Part shown: positions 63,402 through 64,000 of the stretch, piece after piece
How positions within the stretch are numbered: the first letter of the stretch is position 1
How the letters are laid out: every line of letters begins with the position of its first letter
NCBI GenBank assembly: GCA_963785635.1
Contig: CAWAWB010000007.1
Location: forward strand, 114,199 to 178,198
Reading direction: 5' to 3'
Length of the DNA stretch: 64,000 bases
Origin: an uncultured Phycisphaerales bacterium
Lineage (GTDB): Bacteria; Planctomycetota; Phycisphaerae; SM23-33; FEN-1343
Made by a program: the position numbers and the translations under genes
The notes under the pieces: model-generated
What the model saw: only the letters and a program-made list of their open reading frames with translations
What the model was told of the DNA's origin: nothing
Database searches by the model: none

Positions 63402-64000
63402 TGACCGACGACCGGCCCATCGGGCTCGACATCTTCCGCACGTGTCTGCCCATGCGCGGCTTTGAACATGCCGCGGCAAGCCGCGCTGAGGCCGAGGCGA
63501 TCGTTCTCCGCCTGCGCATGGAAAGCGGCGCGATTGGCTGGGGGGAGGCGCTGCCGCGCGAGTACGTGACGGGGGAAACGCTGGAAACGGTCGTCCAGGA
63601 TGTGGAGCAGATTTTCTGGCCGCTTTTGAAGGCCTGCCGCGACTGCGAGGAGTTGCGGCAAGCGGTGATCGATCTGCCCTGCCAGCATGAGGGCAGGAAT
63701 GTCCCCGCCGCGCGCTGTGCGGTGGAGCTGGCGGCAGCGCAGGCGGTGGAACTTGATTGGGGTGTGAACAAGAACCCTCACCCTGCTTCGCTAAAGCTTC
63801 GCAGGGCAGGCCCGGCCCTTCAGGCCACCCTCTCCCGTAAAAGGGAGAGGGGTAGCAGCCACGGCGCCCAAGGCAAGTTTATTGTAAATAGCTCCGTTCG
63901 CATCAGCGGCGTGATCGGCTCGGCCAACCCGCGCAAGACCGCGCGGCAGCTTCGCCTCATGCGCTGGTACGGCCTGAAGAGTTTCAAGCTCAAGCTCGGC
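63402..64000 (+). CDS. Enolase-superfamily (mandelate racemase/muconate lactonizing enzyme-like) protein, 5' part (runs off the window end), with a ~40-aa hairpin-rich insertion
   Basis: Manual translation gives MTDDRPIGLDIFRTCLPMRGFEHAAASRAEAEAIVLRLRMESGAIGWGEALP...VRISGVIG...GLKSFKLKLG. The FKLKxG motif begins the barrel domain. This ORF is not in the supplied ORF track because there is no stop codon inside the window. Confidence 0.45.

Overview
This window looks like high-GC chromosomal DNA from a Planctomycetota-type bacterium. The evidence is four tandem DUF1559 prepilin-like genes with the [25 protein letters not shown]-terminus, dockerin-bearing secreted proteins with an LEDRLLLSA-type N-terminal motif, and a cell-wall cluster that has no ftsZ. 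Gene content is housekeeping plus some accessory: cell-wall genes (mraZ-rsmH-LysM-ftsL-ftsI-murE-murF-mraY), surE, a GH20 hexosaminidase, an amino-sugar operon (C45 acyltransferase/hydrolase, nagA, AGE-family epimerase, 2-hydroxyacid dehydrogenase, LacI regulator), an NADPH quinone oxidoreductase, an aldo/keto reductase, a lone AT-rich GmrSD-like type IV restriction gene, eno, large secreted beta-propeller and beta-helix/dockerin proteins, FkpA, MoxR, an ArnT/PMT-like glycosyltransferase divergent from a GH130, larB, an LptC/LptA-like giant protein with kdsC and kdsD, a site-2 protease, trpS, a GH4 glycosidase, pyrD, one intact IS481-like insertion sequence, a CYTH protein, an MFS transporter, an ABC ATPase and the start of an enolase-superfamily gene. 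No rRNA, tRNA or CRISPR array was recognised. The things I would look at first are: (1) several families of short intergenic repeat elements, especially a hairpin element whose arms carry CACAAAG/CACAGAG heptamers at 10-bp spacing (5 copies, one split by the IS481-like element with a 7-bp target duplication); (2) a CCAGATTGCCAA-array element found both in the mraZ/dcw promoter and in front of the amino-sugar operon; (3) a LysM bitopic membrane protein embedded in the dcw cluster of an FtsZ-less lineage; (4) about 20 apparent frameshifts in otherwise conserved, mostly essential genes, which points to indel errors in the assembly. All family assignments below come from reading the six-frame translations by eye. 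Nothing was searched against a database.
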